Assembly: GCF_004010195.1 (NCBI RefSeq)
Contig: NC_057718.1
Coordinates: 67,831,872-67,895,871 of the forward strand
DNA length: 64,000 nucleotides
DNA from: Chiloscyllium plagiosum
Taxonomy: Eukaryota
Reading direction: 5' to 3'
The notes under the pieces: model-generated
The model's database searches: none
What the model was told of the DNA's origin: nothing
What the model saw: only the letters and a program-made list of their open reading frames with translations
Part shown: piece by piece, positions 1 through 12,199 of the stretch
Layout of the letters: each line of letters starts with the position of its first letter
Numbering within the stretch: the stretch's first letter is position 1
Made by a program: the position numbers and the translations under genes

Positions 1-111
1 AGCCCTGAGACCATCTTGGTGGAGGATGAATGTGTAAACGATTGCACATCCTTGATAATGAGATGGTGGCTGGAGATGTTGAGCAGCATTGGGCTTGGCT
101 ATGTTCTCTTA

Positions 112-1615
112 GAGTCATAGAGGTATATAGCACGGGAGCAGATCCTTCAGTCCAACTCATCCATGCTGACCAGATATCTTAAATTAATCTAGACCCATTT
201 GTCAGCATTTGGCCCATATCCCCCTAAATCATTCCTATTCATATAGCCATCCAGATGCCTTTTCAATGTTGTATTTGTACCTACTTCCACCACTACTTCT
301 GGCAGCTCATTCCATACACATACCACCCTCTGCATGAAAAGATTGCCCCTTTTAAGTCTTCCCCCTCTCTCCTTAAACCTATGGCCTTCTAGTTTTGGAC
401 TCCCCAAACTGGTGCAAAAGACCTTGGCTATTCATGCTATCCATGTCCCTTTGGGATTTTATGAACCTCTATAAGATAACCCTTCAGCCTTCGACACTCC
501 AGAGAAAATAGCCCCAGCCAATTCAGCCTCTTCCTAAAGCTCAAACCCTCCAAACCTGATAACACTAAATCTTTTCTAAACCAATTCAAGTTTGATAACA
601 TCTTTCCAATATCAGGGAGACCAGTATTGAATGCAGTACTCCAAAAGTGGTGTCACCAATGTCCTGTACAGCCACAGCGTGACCTCCTAACTCCATACTT
701 CATGCACTAACCAACAAAGGCAAGTGTACCAAATGCCTTCTTCACCACTGTCTACCTGCAACTCCGCTTTCAAAGATCTATGAATCTGCACCCCAAGGTC
801 TTTTTGTTCGGCAAGATTCCCCAGTACTATACCACTAATTTTATAATTTCTGCCCTGATTTGCCATACCAAAATGCAGCATCTCATTTATCTAAATTAAA
901 CCCCATCTGTCAATCCTTGGCCCATTCGCCCATCTGATCAAGGTTCCCGTTGTACTCTGAGGAACCTTCTTCGCTGTCCACTACACTATCAATTTTGGTA
1001 TCACCTGCAAACTTACTAACCAAGCCTCCTATATGCACATCCAAATCATTTATATAAATGACGATAAGCAGCGGACTAAGCACCGATCCGTGTGGCACAC
1101 CGCTGGTCACAGGCCTTCAGTCTGAAAAGCAACCCTTCACCATTACACTCTGCATCTTACCTTTTGAGCCTATTTTGCATACAAATGGATAGCTCTCCCT
1201 GTAATCCATATGATCTAAGCTTTCTAACCAAGCTACCATGTGGAACCTTGTTGAGCGCTTTACTGGAGTCCACATACATAAAGTCCACCATTCTGCATTC
1301 ATCAATCAACTTTGTTACTTCTTTAAAAAGCTCAGTCAAGTTGATGAGACATGAGTTCCCACACACAAAGCCATGTTGACTATCCCTAATCAGTCTTTGC
1401 CTTTCCAAATACATGTAAATCCTATCCCTCCACTTGCCCACTACTGATGTCAGGCTCACCTGTTTATAGTTCCCTGGCTTTTCCTTACCACCTTTCTTAA
1501 ATAGTGGCACCACATTAGCTAACCTCCAGTCATCTGGCACCACACCTGTGACTATAGATGATACAAATATCTCAGCAAGGGCCGCAGCAATCATTTCCCT
1601 AGCTTCCCCCAGAGT
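112..1615 (-). mobile_element. CR1 LINE, 5'-truncated, RT and 3' UTR, frameshifted
   Basis: ORFs 1157-1594, 910-1110, 687-881 and 189-407 give CR1 RT motifs (DWRLANVVPLFKKG, QHGF, SGVPHGSVL, SKFAGDTK, RVVCVWNELP). 3' tail (ctatgactcta) at about 112-120. Confidence 0.92.
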
Positions 1616-2380
1616 TCACATTGTTTACTGAGATTCATGTATCAAGTATGATAATGGACAGTTAAGTGAACTGAAAAATTGTCCAAACATTCCAAAATGG
1701 AAGTGAATGTGGTAAGGGTCTTTTCTTGGGTAATATTTTGAAATTAAGAAGAGAACAGTGAGCTTTGAGTAGTTTGTTCATTTTCAGTGATGCTTACGTT
1801 GTACATTTTATGGATGATAACTAAAACTGGTGCATCTAGCTGTTTTCTTTTACTGCTTCAAGTTATCTAAATCCTATACAGGACAGTATTCTCTTCTAAT
1901 TGCCATCAAAAATAATCACATTCTATCATTGCTGAAGAAATAAAGTAAATAGTTATGATCTCTGCTTTCCTGGATGCAGTCAACAATTTTGAAGAATCAT
2001 CCATAATATCTGTAAAGACATTTCTCTAGCAGTTATGCACCATTTGCATTGTCATTACTGTCATTTATGATTGCCCAGAGCTTTCCAGTCCCTTGTGTTG
2101 TAACCACTTAGAGCTCAGAAGTGTGAACATATTGAGTTGGTTGGTTGTAGGGAGAATTAAATTTCTGATTTCAGTGTAGACCACTGATGAGGAACAGCAA
2201 GGCCTTGCAGTAAGATGCATTCCAAGGGAAGCCATATTAGTCCAACACTGTACTAACCTAATGATATGCTTCTTATAGTCAGTATTAAGTTGAAGGCATG
2301 GGTGATTCACAATTTTAATACTTTTAAGAACTTTTAATAACCGTTAAACATTCTATTAAATTTGTAATCACTTTTAAACA

Positions 2381-2791
2381 GGGAGAAAGCAAGGATTGTA
2401 AACGCTGGAGATCAGAGTCGAGTGTATGGTGCTGGAAGAGCACAGCAGGTCAGGCAGCAGCTGAGAAGCAGGAGAATTTGGGCATAAATCCTTCATCGGA
2501 AATGAGGTTTATGGGCCGGGTGAGGCTGAGGGCTGGGGGGAAAGTAGTTAAGGATGCAGTAGATAGCTGAAGGTGGGGGAGAAAGTGATAGGTCAGAGAG
2601 GAGGGTGGAGCGGATTGATGGGAAAGACAATGGACAGGTTAAGAGGGCGGTGCCGAGTTGAAGTGAGGATTGGGATAAGGTTGTGGGAGGGGAAATGAGA
2701 AAACTGGTGAAATCTACATGATCCCGTGTGGTTGCAGGGTCCCAAGGTAGAAGCTGAGGTGTTCTTCCTCAAGGCATCGGGTGGCTTGGGT
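2381..2791 (-). mobile_element. Penelope-like element 3' fragment (family A pseudo-LTR plus end of GIY-YIG region)
   Basis: Same sequence family as 50321-50710. Flanked by ttttaaaca at 2372-2380 and 2792-2800 (putative TSD). Confidence 0.75.
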
Positions 2792-3057
2792 TTTTAAACA
2801 CTCATGCAAACTCTTAATCTCCTTTTAACAGATTTTGACCACACAGCAACTGCCCCAGGTAACATCTTGGGCAAACTGCCTTGGTTTTCAATCAAAGGAA
2901 AGAATAAGCAATGTTTCCTCAAAAGAAATTCAGAGCATATCTCTCACAAGTAGCATAAATCATAATCAGAATTCGACCCTGAAGCCGACATGATTGAATG
3001 GTTGCAAAAATCAGTTAATTTCAGTACATTTTGTTCGAAGGCAACATTGGCATCACA

Positions 3058-3152
3058 TACAAAAACAGGAATTGCTGGAGAAGCTCAGCAGGTCTGGCAG
3101 AAAATGTAGGAAGAAAGTTAATACTTTGAGTTTGGTGCCTCTTCATCAGAAT
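3058..3152 (-). mobile_element. Short PLE pseudo-LTR remnant (family D) with decayed hammerhead
   Basis: aaaaacaggaattgctggagaagctcagcaggtctggcag...ctcttcatcagaa; related to 46190-46400. Confidence 0.55.
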
Positions 3153-3224
3153 TCATTTGCTAAAGATTAATTTTTGGAGGAGGTAACAAGGAAGTTAGAC
3201 AAAGGAGGAGGTGCTATGGGCCAT

Positions 3225-3508
3225 CAACAGCAGCAGAACTCCAGCACAATCTGCAAACTCATGGCCATCCCCCATTCAACCATTATCATCAAGCCAAGAG
3301 CTGAACCCTGATTCAAAGGAGAATACACGAGGGCAAGACAGGAGCGGTAGCAGGCATACCTAAAAATGAGGTGTCGACCTGGTGAAGCTACTAAACAGAA
3401 CTACTTGGTGCCAAGCAGCATAAACATCTAGTGATAGACAGAGCTAAACAATGCTGCAATCAACAGATCAGATCTGACCTCTGCACTCCTGCCACATCTA
3501 GATAATGG
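3225..3508 (+). mobile_element. Fragment of a non-LTR retrotransposon (CR1-group/Zenon-like)
   Basis: Decayed coding-like sequence, probably the same family as 7775-8215; family assignment tentative. Confidence 0.4.
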
Positions 3509-3509
3509 A

Positions 3510-3899
3510 CATCAACTAGCCACAAAACAACATGACCCACTCTCACTAGTATCCTTACACACAGATGAGGAAGGACACCACTCCAACTGGGATAACACAT
3601 CCATCCTAGGACAAGCTAAACAGAGAGACACATGAGATTCCTCGAGGCATGGCATTCCAACTGGAGCACTATCAATAAACACATCGACTTGGACTCCATT
3701 TACCACCCTCTGAGAAAAAGAACAGGAAATAACATCACCACATGAAATGACATCACCAACCCAAGGAAACCCAAACACATAATTAGAAAGCAGATCACTC
3801 ACACCAGTGCTTCACCGGAGGCTCACTCATTGTTACCTAGTATGGTGACAAAATGTCTGAAGATGAACCTTCCAGCTCAGCGAGCAAACGTACATCCAA
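3510..3899 (+). mobile_element. Poseidon-like PLE 3' end (GIY-YIG C-terminus plus pseudo-LTR)
   Basis: Reads HQLATKQHDPLSLVSLHTDEEGHHSNWDNTSILGQAKQR..FLEAWHS..INKHIDLD, paralogous to the reverse complement of 4620-4810. Degenerate hammerhead near 3827-3858. Confidence 0.8.
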
Positions 3900-4459
3900 G
3901 CAGATATGTTGAATGCATTGCCCTCATGTGCATTCCTGGTCAACTGTTCAAAACATTCAATCAACTTGGTCAGACATGACCTCCCCTCAGCAAAACCCCA
4001 TGCAGACTGTTCTTGATTAAGCCATATATGTACAAGTACATATTAATTCTGTCCCTCAGATTGACTTTCAAAGATTTCCCCGAACCCTGAGATTGGAGTG
4101 ACTGGCCTGTAGTTTCCTGGTTTAATTCCTTGCTCCCTTCTTGAATAATGGTACTCTCCTGTGGCTGGAAAGGAAATGAAAATTGTTGCTAGCATCCCTA
4201 ATATTTCCTTTCTTGCCTCACTCAAAAGCCTGGGAGACATTTCATCCACTCCTGGAGGTCTATCCATTTTTAAGCTTGCCAGACATTTCAGAACATCTCC
4301 TTTGTCTGTACTATATTTTCAAACTATGTCACAGAGCTGCTCCCTTATTTCTAAGCCCACATCATCCCTCACAGTGGCGAACACTGACACAAAGTATTAG
4401 TAATTTAGAACCCTACCTTATATCCACTATCTCCAGACGCAAATTACCACTGTGATCCT

Positions 4460-5912
4460 GTTCGCCGAGCTGGGAATTTGTGTTGCAGACATTTCGTCCC
4501 CTGTCTAAGTGACATCCTCAGTGCTTGGGAGCTTCCTGAGAAGCGCTTCTGTGATCTTTCCTCCGGCATTTGTAGTGGTTTGAATCTGCCACTTCCAGCT
4601 GTCCGCTGCAGTGGCCGGTATATAGGGTCCAGTTCGATGTGCTTATTGATTGAATCTGTGGATGAGTGCCATGCCTCTAGGAATTCCCTGGCTGTTCTCT
4701 CTTTGGCTTGTCCTATAATAGTAGTGTTGTCCCAGTCAAACTCATGTTGCTTGTCATCTGCGTGTGTGACTACTAAGGATAGCTGGTCATGTCGTTTCGT
4801 GGCTAGTTAGTGTTCATGGATGCGGATCGTTAGCTGGCTCCCTGTTTGTCCTATGTAGTGTTTTGTGCAGTCCTTGCATGGGATTTTGTACACTACATTG
4901 GTTTTGCTCATGCTGGGTATCGGGTCCTTCGTTCTGGTGAGTTGTTGTCTGAGAGTGGCTGTTGGTTTGTGTGCTGTTATGAGTCCTAGTGGTCGCAGGT
5001 GGCCCTTTTGAACAGTGTCTTGATGCAACTTCGTTTGTGTGTGTTGGGGTGGTTGCTTTCGTAGTTCAGGACTTGGTCTGTGTGTGTGGCTTTCCTGTAT
5101 ACCTTTGTGGTGAATTCTCCATTCGGTGTTCTCTGTTCCATCACGTCTCGGAATGGGAGTTGGTTATCCTTTTCTTCCTCTCTAGTGAATCGGATTCCTG
5201 TGAGCGCGGCGTTGATGATCCGGTGTGTGTTCTCTATTTCTGTGTTTTTAATGATTACAAAGGTGTCATCCACATATCTGACCCAGAGTTTGGGTTGAAT
5301 TTGCGGTAAGATTGTTTGTTCTAATCTTTGCATTACCGCTTCTGCTTATGAGTCCAGAGATGGGTGAGCCCATGGGTGTGCCATTGATTTGTTCATATAT
5401 TTGGTTGCTGAATGTGAAGTGTGTTGTGAGGCACAGGTCCAGTAGTTTGAGTATGCCGTCTTTGTTGATAGGTTCAACGTCCTGTTGTCTGTTCTTTATG
5501 TCCAGCAGGTTGGCTATTGTTTCTCTGGCTAGGGTTTTGTCGATAGAGGTGAACAGTGCCATTACATTGAATGAGACCATGGTTTCTTCCGTGTCTATGT
5601 GTATAATTCTGATGATGTCCAAGAATTCCTGTGTTGATTGTATAGAGGCATAGCACTCATCCACAGATTCAATCAATAAGCACATCGAACTGGACCCAAT
5701 ATACCGACCACTGCAACGGACAGCTGGAACTGACGACCGGAAGCAGCAGATTCAAACCAGTACAAATGCCGGAGGAAAGATCATAGAAGCGCTTCACAGG
5801 AGGCTCCCAAGCACTGAGGATGTCACCTGGACAGGGGACGAAACATCTGCAACACAAATTCCCAGCTCGGCGAACAGAACCACAACAACGAGCACCCGAG
5901 CTACAAACTTTG
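4460..5912 (-). mobile_element. Poseidon-type Penelope-like retroelement (RT plus GIY-YIG), 5'-truncated with inverted pseudo-LTRs
   Basis: RT motifs (MVSFNVMALFTSI, QINGTPMGSPIS, WVRYVDDTF, VYRKATHT) and GIY-YIG (NVVYKIPCKDCTKHYIGQTG). About 220-bp inverted repeat (4458-4679 versus 5643-5878). 15-bp direct repeat taccactgtgatcct at 4445-4459 and 5913-5927. Confidence 0.93.
5811..5850 (+). ncRNA. Minimal type I hammerhead ribozyme motif in PLE pseudo-LTR (family B)
   Basis: gca CUGAGGA u GUC-a-CC uggaca GG-g-GAC GAAA caUC ugc: both core boxes, stem II and a 3-bp stem I are present. Stem III reads CAUC rather than CGUC (likely CpG decay). Confidence 0.65.
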
Positions 5913-7172
5913 TACCACTGTGATCCTTAAAAGGCCCTATTCCTTCCTTAGTTATCTTTTTGTCCTTAATGTACCTGTAACATAAATTGGGATCTTTCTT
6001 GATCTTATCAGCCATTATACTTTCATGCCTCCTTTTGCTCCGCTAATTTTCTTTCTAAGTCAATTTTCATGACTTTCAAGAAATGGCTGCATTTGCACTT
6101 TTGAAGCAAAATTAAACTTGCCACAGAAAGTCAAGACTGGCTTTTAATGTTGTGGGAGCTTTTTAAGGATAAGAATTAGGCTCTTTCTGGATCCTCCTGA
6201 TTGAAACAAATAAATAAACTTTCAGACCTATCTTAAATTTAAGAATTCTTTCTTTTTCTTGTTTCACATCTCTCAATTCTTCTCCCCACTTTTTTTCAGC
6301 ATGTACTATTTTGTTAAACATTTTTCCTTATTTTTCAATTATGGAAATAAATTGTTTCTCCGGCATTCATGAAAATCTTCAGTATCTTGTTAATCTCCAT
6401 TGTGAAGTTGTCAGATGTAAATTCCAGGAATTCTCTAGGCATAAACTTGTGTTGAAGAGTGAGGAAAAATTATCTATTTTAGAGGACCCACTTCAGCAAA
6501 TTCTGGCCTATTAGAAGTTAGGAAGTAGTGTGTTGTTACTTGAATGGAGAAATAAATTTCTGTCATTTTAAAAAAAAATATTGCTGACAAGAATGAAAGC
6601 TTTAGTAACAGAAGCTTTGAAAATTGGTGCCCTTTTAACTGGCAGTATTTATTTGTGTTTGTGTAAACACTTTTAAAATATATTAACTCCTTTTCAATGT
6701 GTGATTTTTGAGAATTTGTAAGTATAATTTATAATGAAGTATGAAGAGTAAAAGGTTTTGAGAGACAGTTATGCTGCTACTTTTATGTCAGCCTTGGTAG
6801 AACGGTGGAAATGCAATGCAAAGTCAGAACTTGCTCATTTTGTTTGCCCATTGTAAAGCTGTCTAGCTTTCACTTCTATTATCATGGTATGGAGAGATAT
6901 TAAAGGAAATCTCAGACATGTGTTGGTTTTAGACATTGCGGTTAATCCCTTACAACCTCCTGGGCTACACAGTGGGAGGTTATTGTGCTGAGTGAAATAG
7001 TGTCTAGCAATAGAAGATAATCACTTTGTCTGCTTTTGTAACCCTCTAGTTGAATTGTTTCCCTCTGCTGGTTATCTCATTACATTGCTAACCTTATGCC
7101 CCATTGGCTTCCCATGACTCACGCTCACAACTAAACAGAGCCTTTTTGTAAAAATGAGTTTTGTTTACGCAG

Positions 7173-7283
7173 GATATATCTCAGGAAGGCTATGGAGCTC
7201 GCACTGTGCCGCCATTGACACCTAGCAAGCCCAACCATGAAGATTTGAACTTGTTACAGCAGGAAAGACCATCAAGTTTGCCT
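7173..7283 (+). CDS. ARID1B: Internal coding exon of ARID1B (SWI/SNF BAF250b subunit), 37 aa [37 protein letters not shown]
   Basis: Acceptor ttttgtttacgcAG (7171-7172), donor GTAAGT (7284-7289), 111 bp open frame, phase 0/0. The peptide matches the recalled human ARID1B segment [37 protein letters not shown], which precedes DLSGSIDDLPTG. Not in the supplied ORF track (too short). Confidence 0.93.
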
Positions 7284-7774
7284 GTAAGTGACTCATGATG
7301 ATGTTTTTTGTAATACAATTGAAGTTCACCATTTACAGCTGCTGTTAAAAATTTGATATTCTTTAGATCATAGCATGTTCAGCATGGAAGGAGTCTATTT
7401 GTTTCATCACACCTATGCCAGGGCTATTTGAAAGAGTTTTACAATTAGCCCCACTCCCCTGATTTTTCACCATAACCTTACAAATTTTCCTCTTTCATAT
7501 GTTTGCATCCAACTCCCCATTGAATTTGCCATTGACTCTACCAACAGTATTCTTCTAGGCAGTGCATTTTCAGATGATCAGGTCACAAGCAACCAGGCCA
7601 GACATACTATCTTCCTGTGACTACAACACAAGTGGGAGAAAATGTGAAAAATTTCCTTGTGAACGCAAATATATCTTCCTTAGTAAATGTTTATCCTTGT
7701 CTGTAGTTCTTTTGCCAAATTATTACAAATCTATGCAGTCTTTTTATGAACCCTTCTACTACTCGAAACCGTGT

Positions 7775-8215
7775 AGTCAAAGAGAAACAACACTCGAGAA
7801 GCTTGACACCATCCAGGACAAAGCAACATGCTTGATTGGGACCACATCCACTGCCCCCGCTACCGATGTTCAGTAGCAGCAATGTGTACCACCTACAAGA
7901 TGTACTGCAGAAAATCACCAAAGATTGTCAGACAGTACCTTCCAAACCCATAACCACTTCAATCTAGAAGGACAAGGGCAACAGGGACTGTACATGGGAA
8001 CACCACTACCATCACATTCTCCTCCAAGCCACACACCATCCTGACTTGGAAATATGTTGTCATTCCTTGACCGTTGCTGGATCAATATCCTGGAATTCCC
8101 TCCTTAATGGCATTGTGGACTGCAGCTCACTACCACCTTCTCAAGGGCAACTAGGAATGGGCAATAATTGTTGGTCAGCCAGTGACCCCCACATCCCACA
8201 AAAAAAATGAACAAA
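7775..8215 (+). mobile_element. 3' end of a non-LTR retrotransposon (CR1-group/Zenon-like) with A-rich tail
   Basis: TTLEKLDTIQDKATCLIG RT C-terminal motif, tggaattccctcc, 3' UTR and poly-A. Related fragment at about 41170-41320. Confidence 0.65.
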
Positions 8216-8651
8216 TGAAAAAGAAATCAAAAACTCTAAAAAAATGTAAACCTTTACTTTAAAGCTATACTTGTTCCTCTGCTTTGAGGAGAACTGTGTT
8301 TTTATCTTCAGGTGGGCATCACGGGAAGGCAGTTATTTATTGTCTATCCTTAATTCAGAAGGCAAAAGCAGGAAAACTTGGAAAGAAATAAATTAATTGT
8401 ATTGATCTTTGATTTTGAAGTATAAATTGCAAGTCAGACCACTCTGCTTGAATGGATAGTTTCAGGATTTTGACGCAGTGAAACAACAGGAGTATTGTTC
8501 AAAGTTAGGATGATATATAACTTGGAGGAGTTCTTGCAGGTTGTCATGTTCCCATGTAGAATTATAGAATTCCGACAGTGAGTTCAAGGTTGAGATATTT
8601 TCTGCAAAATTTCCAGCCTCGGACCTTCTCTTGTAGCCACTGTAATTAGGT

Positions 8652-8748
8652 CTGGATTAGAGTGGTGCTGGAAAAGCACAGCAGGTCGGGCAACATCCCA
8701 GGAGCAGGAAAATCGATGTTTCGGCCAAAAGCCCTTCATCAGGAATCA
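8652..8748 (-). mobile_element. Mini PLE-derived element (family A) with hammerhead core
   Basis: TSD gtaattaggt at 8642-8651 and 8749-8758. Reverse complement contains CUGAUGA a GGGC uuuu GGCC GAAA caUC. Confidence 0.8.
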
Positions 8749-9035
8749 GTAATTAGGTGGCTGTTCAAGTTCAGTTTCTGAACACTGGTGACCCCTAGCT
8801 TGCTAATATTTGTGATTTCAGAAATGGTTATGCTGTTGAATGTCAAGATCAAATAGTAAGCTACTATCTTGTTGAAAGAAGTCAGTTTTTGATATGGATA
8901 TGGCACGCATGTTGCTTGCCACATAGCAGTCCAAGCCTGAATGTTTTCCACATCTTGCATGTTGAGCCGTAACTGCCTGTTTGCCTGTTGAATTATGAAT
9001 AATAGTTGGCATGTGTGCAGTCATAAGTGAACACT

Positions 9036-9830
9036 GAGAGTCACAGAAGTTTACAGCATGGAATAAGGTTCTTTGGACCATTGAGTCTGTGTCTGTCAAA
9101 TGCAATTATTTAACTATCTGAATCCTATCTTTCCACACTTGGCTCCTAATCTTGTTATACCATGGCACACAAGTGCACATCAAAAACTATTTAACTGTTG
9201 TGAGGGTTCTGCCTCTACTACTCTTGCAGGCAGAGAGTTCCAGATTCCTACCACCATCTGGATGAAAAAAGAATTTCCTTTCAACTCCAGCCCCTTACCT
9301 TGAATCTATGTCCATGGTTATCGATTCCTCAACTATGGAGAATGGTTCTTTTCTGTCTACCCTATTTACGTTGGTCATAATTTTATGCATCTCCTCAGTC
9401 TCTTTTGCTCCAAAGAAAACAATTCAATCTCTTTTCATAATTAAAACTCTAGCCCGGGCTACATCCTGTAAATTTCCTCTGCATCCTCTGTCGCACAATC
9501 ACATTCCTTCAATATGTGAATTCCAGAATTTGCTCTCAGAACTCTACCTGTGGCCTAGCCGATGTTTTATACAGTTCCAGCAAAACCTTTGTACTGTTAA
9601 ACTTTATACCTCAACTAGTAAAAGGAAGGTATCCCTTCTGCCATATTAACCACTTTATCTAGTTGTACTGCTACCTTAATGGATCAATGGGCATGAACAC
9701 AGATCCCTCTGATCTTTGGTGTTTCCCAAGGTCCTTCCATTTATTGTGTCTTCCCTTGCCTTGTTCGTTCTCCCCAAGTGTATCACCTCAGCTTATCCAG
9801 ATTGAATTCTGTTTGCCACTGATCCACTTC
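9036..9830 (-). mobile_element. Decayed CR1 3' portion nested in an older LINE remnant (about 8300-10960)
   Basis: CR1-type 3' tail and UTR at about 9036-9300 followed by degenerate RT C-terminal sequence. Confidence 0.6.
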
Positions 9831-10624
9831 TGACCTTATGGTGAAGCAGTTAACAATGTTGTGGCAGTGTGTCTTTGGTCTGAATTTATGAGCTTCTCAA
9901 CAGCAGCAACCATCTTCCTTTGTGGTAGGAATGACTACAGCCTTTGAAGGACAATTCAGTTTGCTCTTGCAAGTTGGGGCAGGGCAGATACAGTGGACAC
10001 ACCAATTTGAGCTGTTAGATTGGTCCTGATCATTTTCCATTTACCCTGACATAATGGAGGAGTTGTCAGTGTGAAGATAAGCTTTATCTCTGGAAGGGCT
10101 GTGAACTGTCCATTTCTGTCTTTACTGCCATGACAGATGGATCTATGAGAAGTAAGTTTATAGCCAGAAGGTCCAGTAGGTTTTTTCTTTTGTTGATTCT
10201 CTCACTACTTTTTGCTGGTGAGGTCTTCAGATCTCAGCCAGTTCAGTCAAGTAGTGGTGATACCAACCATTCTTTGTGATGGACTTTGAAGTTCTCCAAC
10301 CATTGTGCATTCTGTGCTTTTACTATTCTCAGTGCTTCATCCAAGTTCTGTTTAACATGGAGGAGCTCTTATTCATCAGCTGAGGCACTGCAGTATAATT
10401 AATCCGATTTCCTTGCTCGTATTTGGCCACATGTGAAAGGCATATTATGGGCTACCAGGGCTAGTCCATCCTGACTCTGTGGCATCTGTGTTGGATCCCT
10501 CTGGGGTGGACCTGGATATGTCCAGGGATAGTGTTGGAGAAGTCTGCAGCATTGGCTGTGAGGTAGGACTTAACTAGAATGACTGACTGTGTTAATTTCT
10601 GTAAGACAGCACTCTCAGTTTTGA

Positions 10625-10719
10625 GCTGAAAATGTATTGCTGGAAAAGCGCAACAGGTCAGGCAGCATCCAAGGAACAGGAGAATCGACGTTTCGGGCAT
10701 AAGCCCATCTTCAGGAAGA
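10625..10719 (-). mobile_element. Mini PLE-derived element (family A) with intact hammerhead core
   Basis: Perfect 15-bp TSD cactctcagttttga at 10610-10624 and 10720-10734. Reverse complement contains CUGAAGA u GGGC uuau GCCC GAAA CGUC. Confidence 0.88.
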
Positions 10720-12199
10720 CACTCTCAGTTTTGACACAAGATGCCAAATATTTATAAGGAGGACTGCAAGGTTGAATGAAAATGATGTGCTTTTTTATGT
10801 TCATTCTTAGTTTGATTGCTGAAGATACCTCTGATTTTTATTGATTTTCATCTTTCAGTAGTGGTTAGATGCAACTGAGTGGCTTCCTAAGCCAATTAAA
10901 AGTCAACTACAGGTACATTGCTGTAGTTCTAGAACTACACGTAGATCAGCCAGGTTAAACATACCTGCCCCTAAACTTTAACATAAATAGCTATAATTTA
11001 TTCTTTGTAGTTCTCAATTTGGGAAAGAAACAAAATTATAATAGAAAAGTTATTGGATCTTTGAATACCAAATGTGATTTAGAGTTGTTTTTTTTTGTAA
11101 TGGCCAATTTGTGATAAGACATTCGATTTCTGTTCCTGTGGACTTTGGAGATTCCATATCGTAACAGCAGGTTTGCTGTGTAGAGCAGGAGACTTATAAA
11201 TACCTACTCTGATGTTAGACCAGATACATAGGGTGGGTTTATACTCTGAGGTGTAACTGAGAGCAGAGATGGGAGGGCCCAGAATTTCCTGGCAACTGTC
11301 TGTCGTAAAGAACCAACATACTCTTCGCTTTTTTTCTGGAGTCTAGACTGGGAGGGAGGGTGGAATCTGGATGTCTACCTACTGTAGGTATATGGAGTCT
11401 ACTAAGAAGCTTATTAAAGCCTTGTTTGTCCAACTGGGATCTTTAGTCAGCAGGTAGGCTCCTGGAGTCATCAGAGAAAGGTGGTGACCTTCTCATGGCC
11501 ATGCAGACTCTTGCATGGTTTTAAAAAGTCTGGGTGTCATTTATAACCATAGGGACCTTCTTTGCTTTTATAAACTGAGAGGGTTGCTACAGCTTGAGAT
11601 GCTGTCATTCCCAAAATGGAAAGGCAGGTGACACTTCCTTGAGTACCACAGATACTACCGCTGGATCTCCAACATTGAAAACTGACCTACTGTCTTTAAT
11701 TGGATAATAAGAAATATGTTTTAAAATCCTGTTTGATGACTATTCCTTAAATGCTCTGAAGTTAAGACCCAACTATGAACTTGCCATCTGGATCCTAACC
11801 CCAAATTACAATCCATGTTTTGGTTTGATAAAAGGGATACTTTATGATCTGCTTGATTGTTTGGAAGGGTATGTTTCCAATCCATTCAGGAATTGATCTA
11901 CAATTGAGTCTTTCTAGATTAGTTGAATTAAGGTTTTGACATTAGAAAGAAAGCAATGTATGTGCAAATTAAACAAGAAATATTTAAATTCCTAGTTTAA
12001 AATGTTTCCATTATTTTGTGAGGTTGCTTGTATATTGCCCTGTACAGATAGATGAAGGCAAGTTGGTGAGCTTAGTGGCAGGTACTAAATGGTGCAAGTT
12101 GTTGAGCTTTCCTCCAGTAAGGAATTTGGGACCATTATGTTACTGTAATTGCTTCTACCAAAGCTCTTGTCATATTTGCCGCATACAGATTAAGATTTT

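Larger units (their letters stand above)
3900..6065 (-). mobile_element. Old CR1 fragment (3900-4457 and 5913-6065) split by a PLE insertion
   Basis: ORF 4043-4267 (PPGVDEMSPRLLSEA..PGNYRPV) and ORF 5794-6015 (KIKKDPNLCYRYIKDKKITKEGIGPFKD) are colinear CR1 ORF2 pieces. Confidence 0.8.

Noticed and set aside
7284..7298. Read-through terminal exon (VSDS-stop) after the ARID1B exon
   Set aside because: The donor is a strong consensus GTAAGT, and there is no evidence for intronic polyadenylation from sequence alone.
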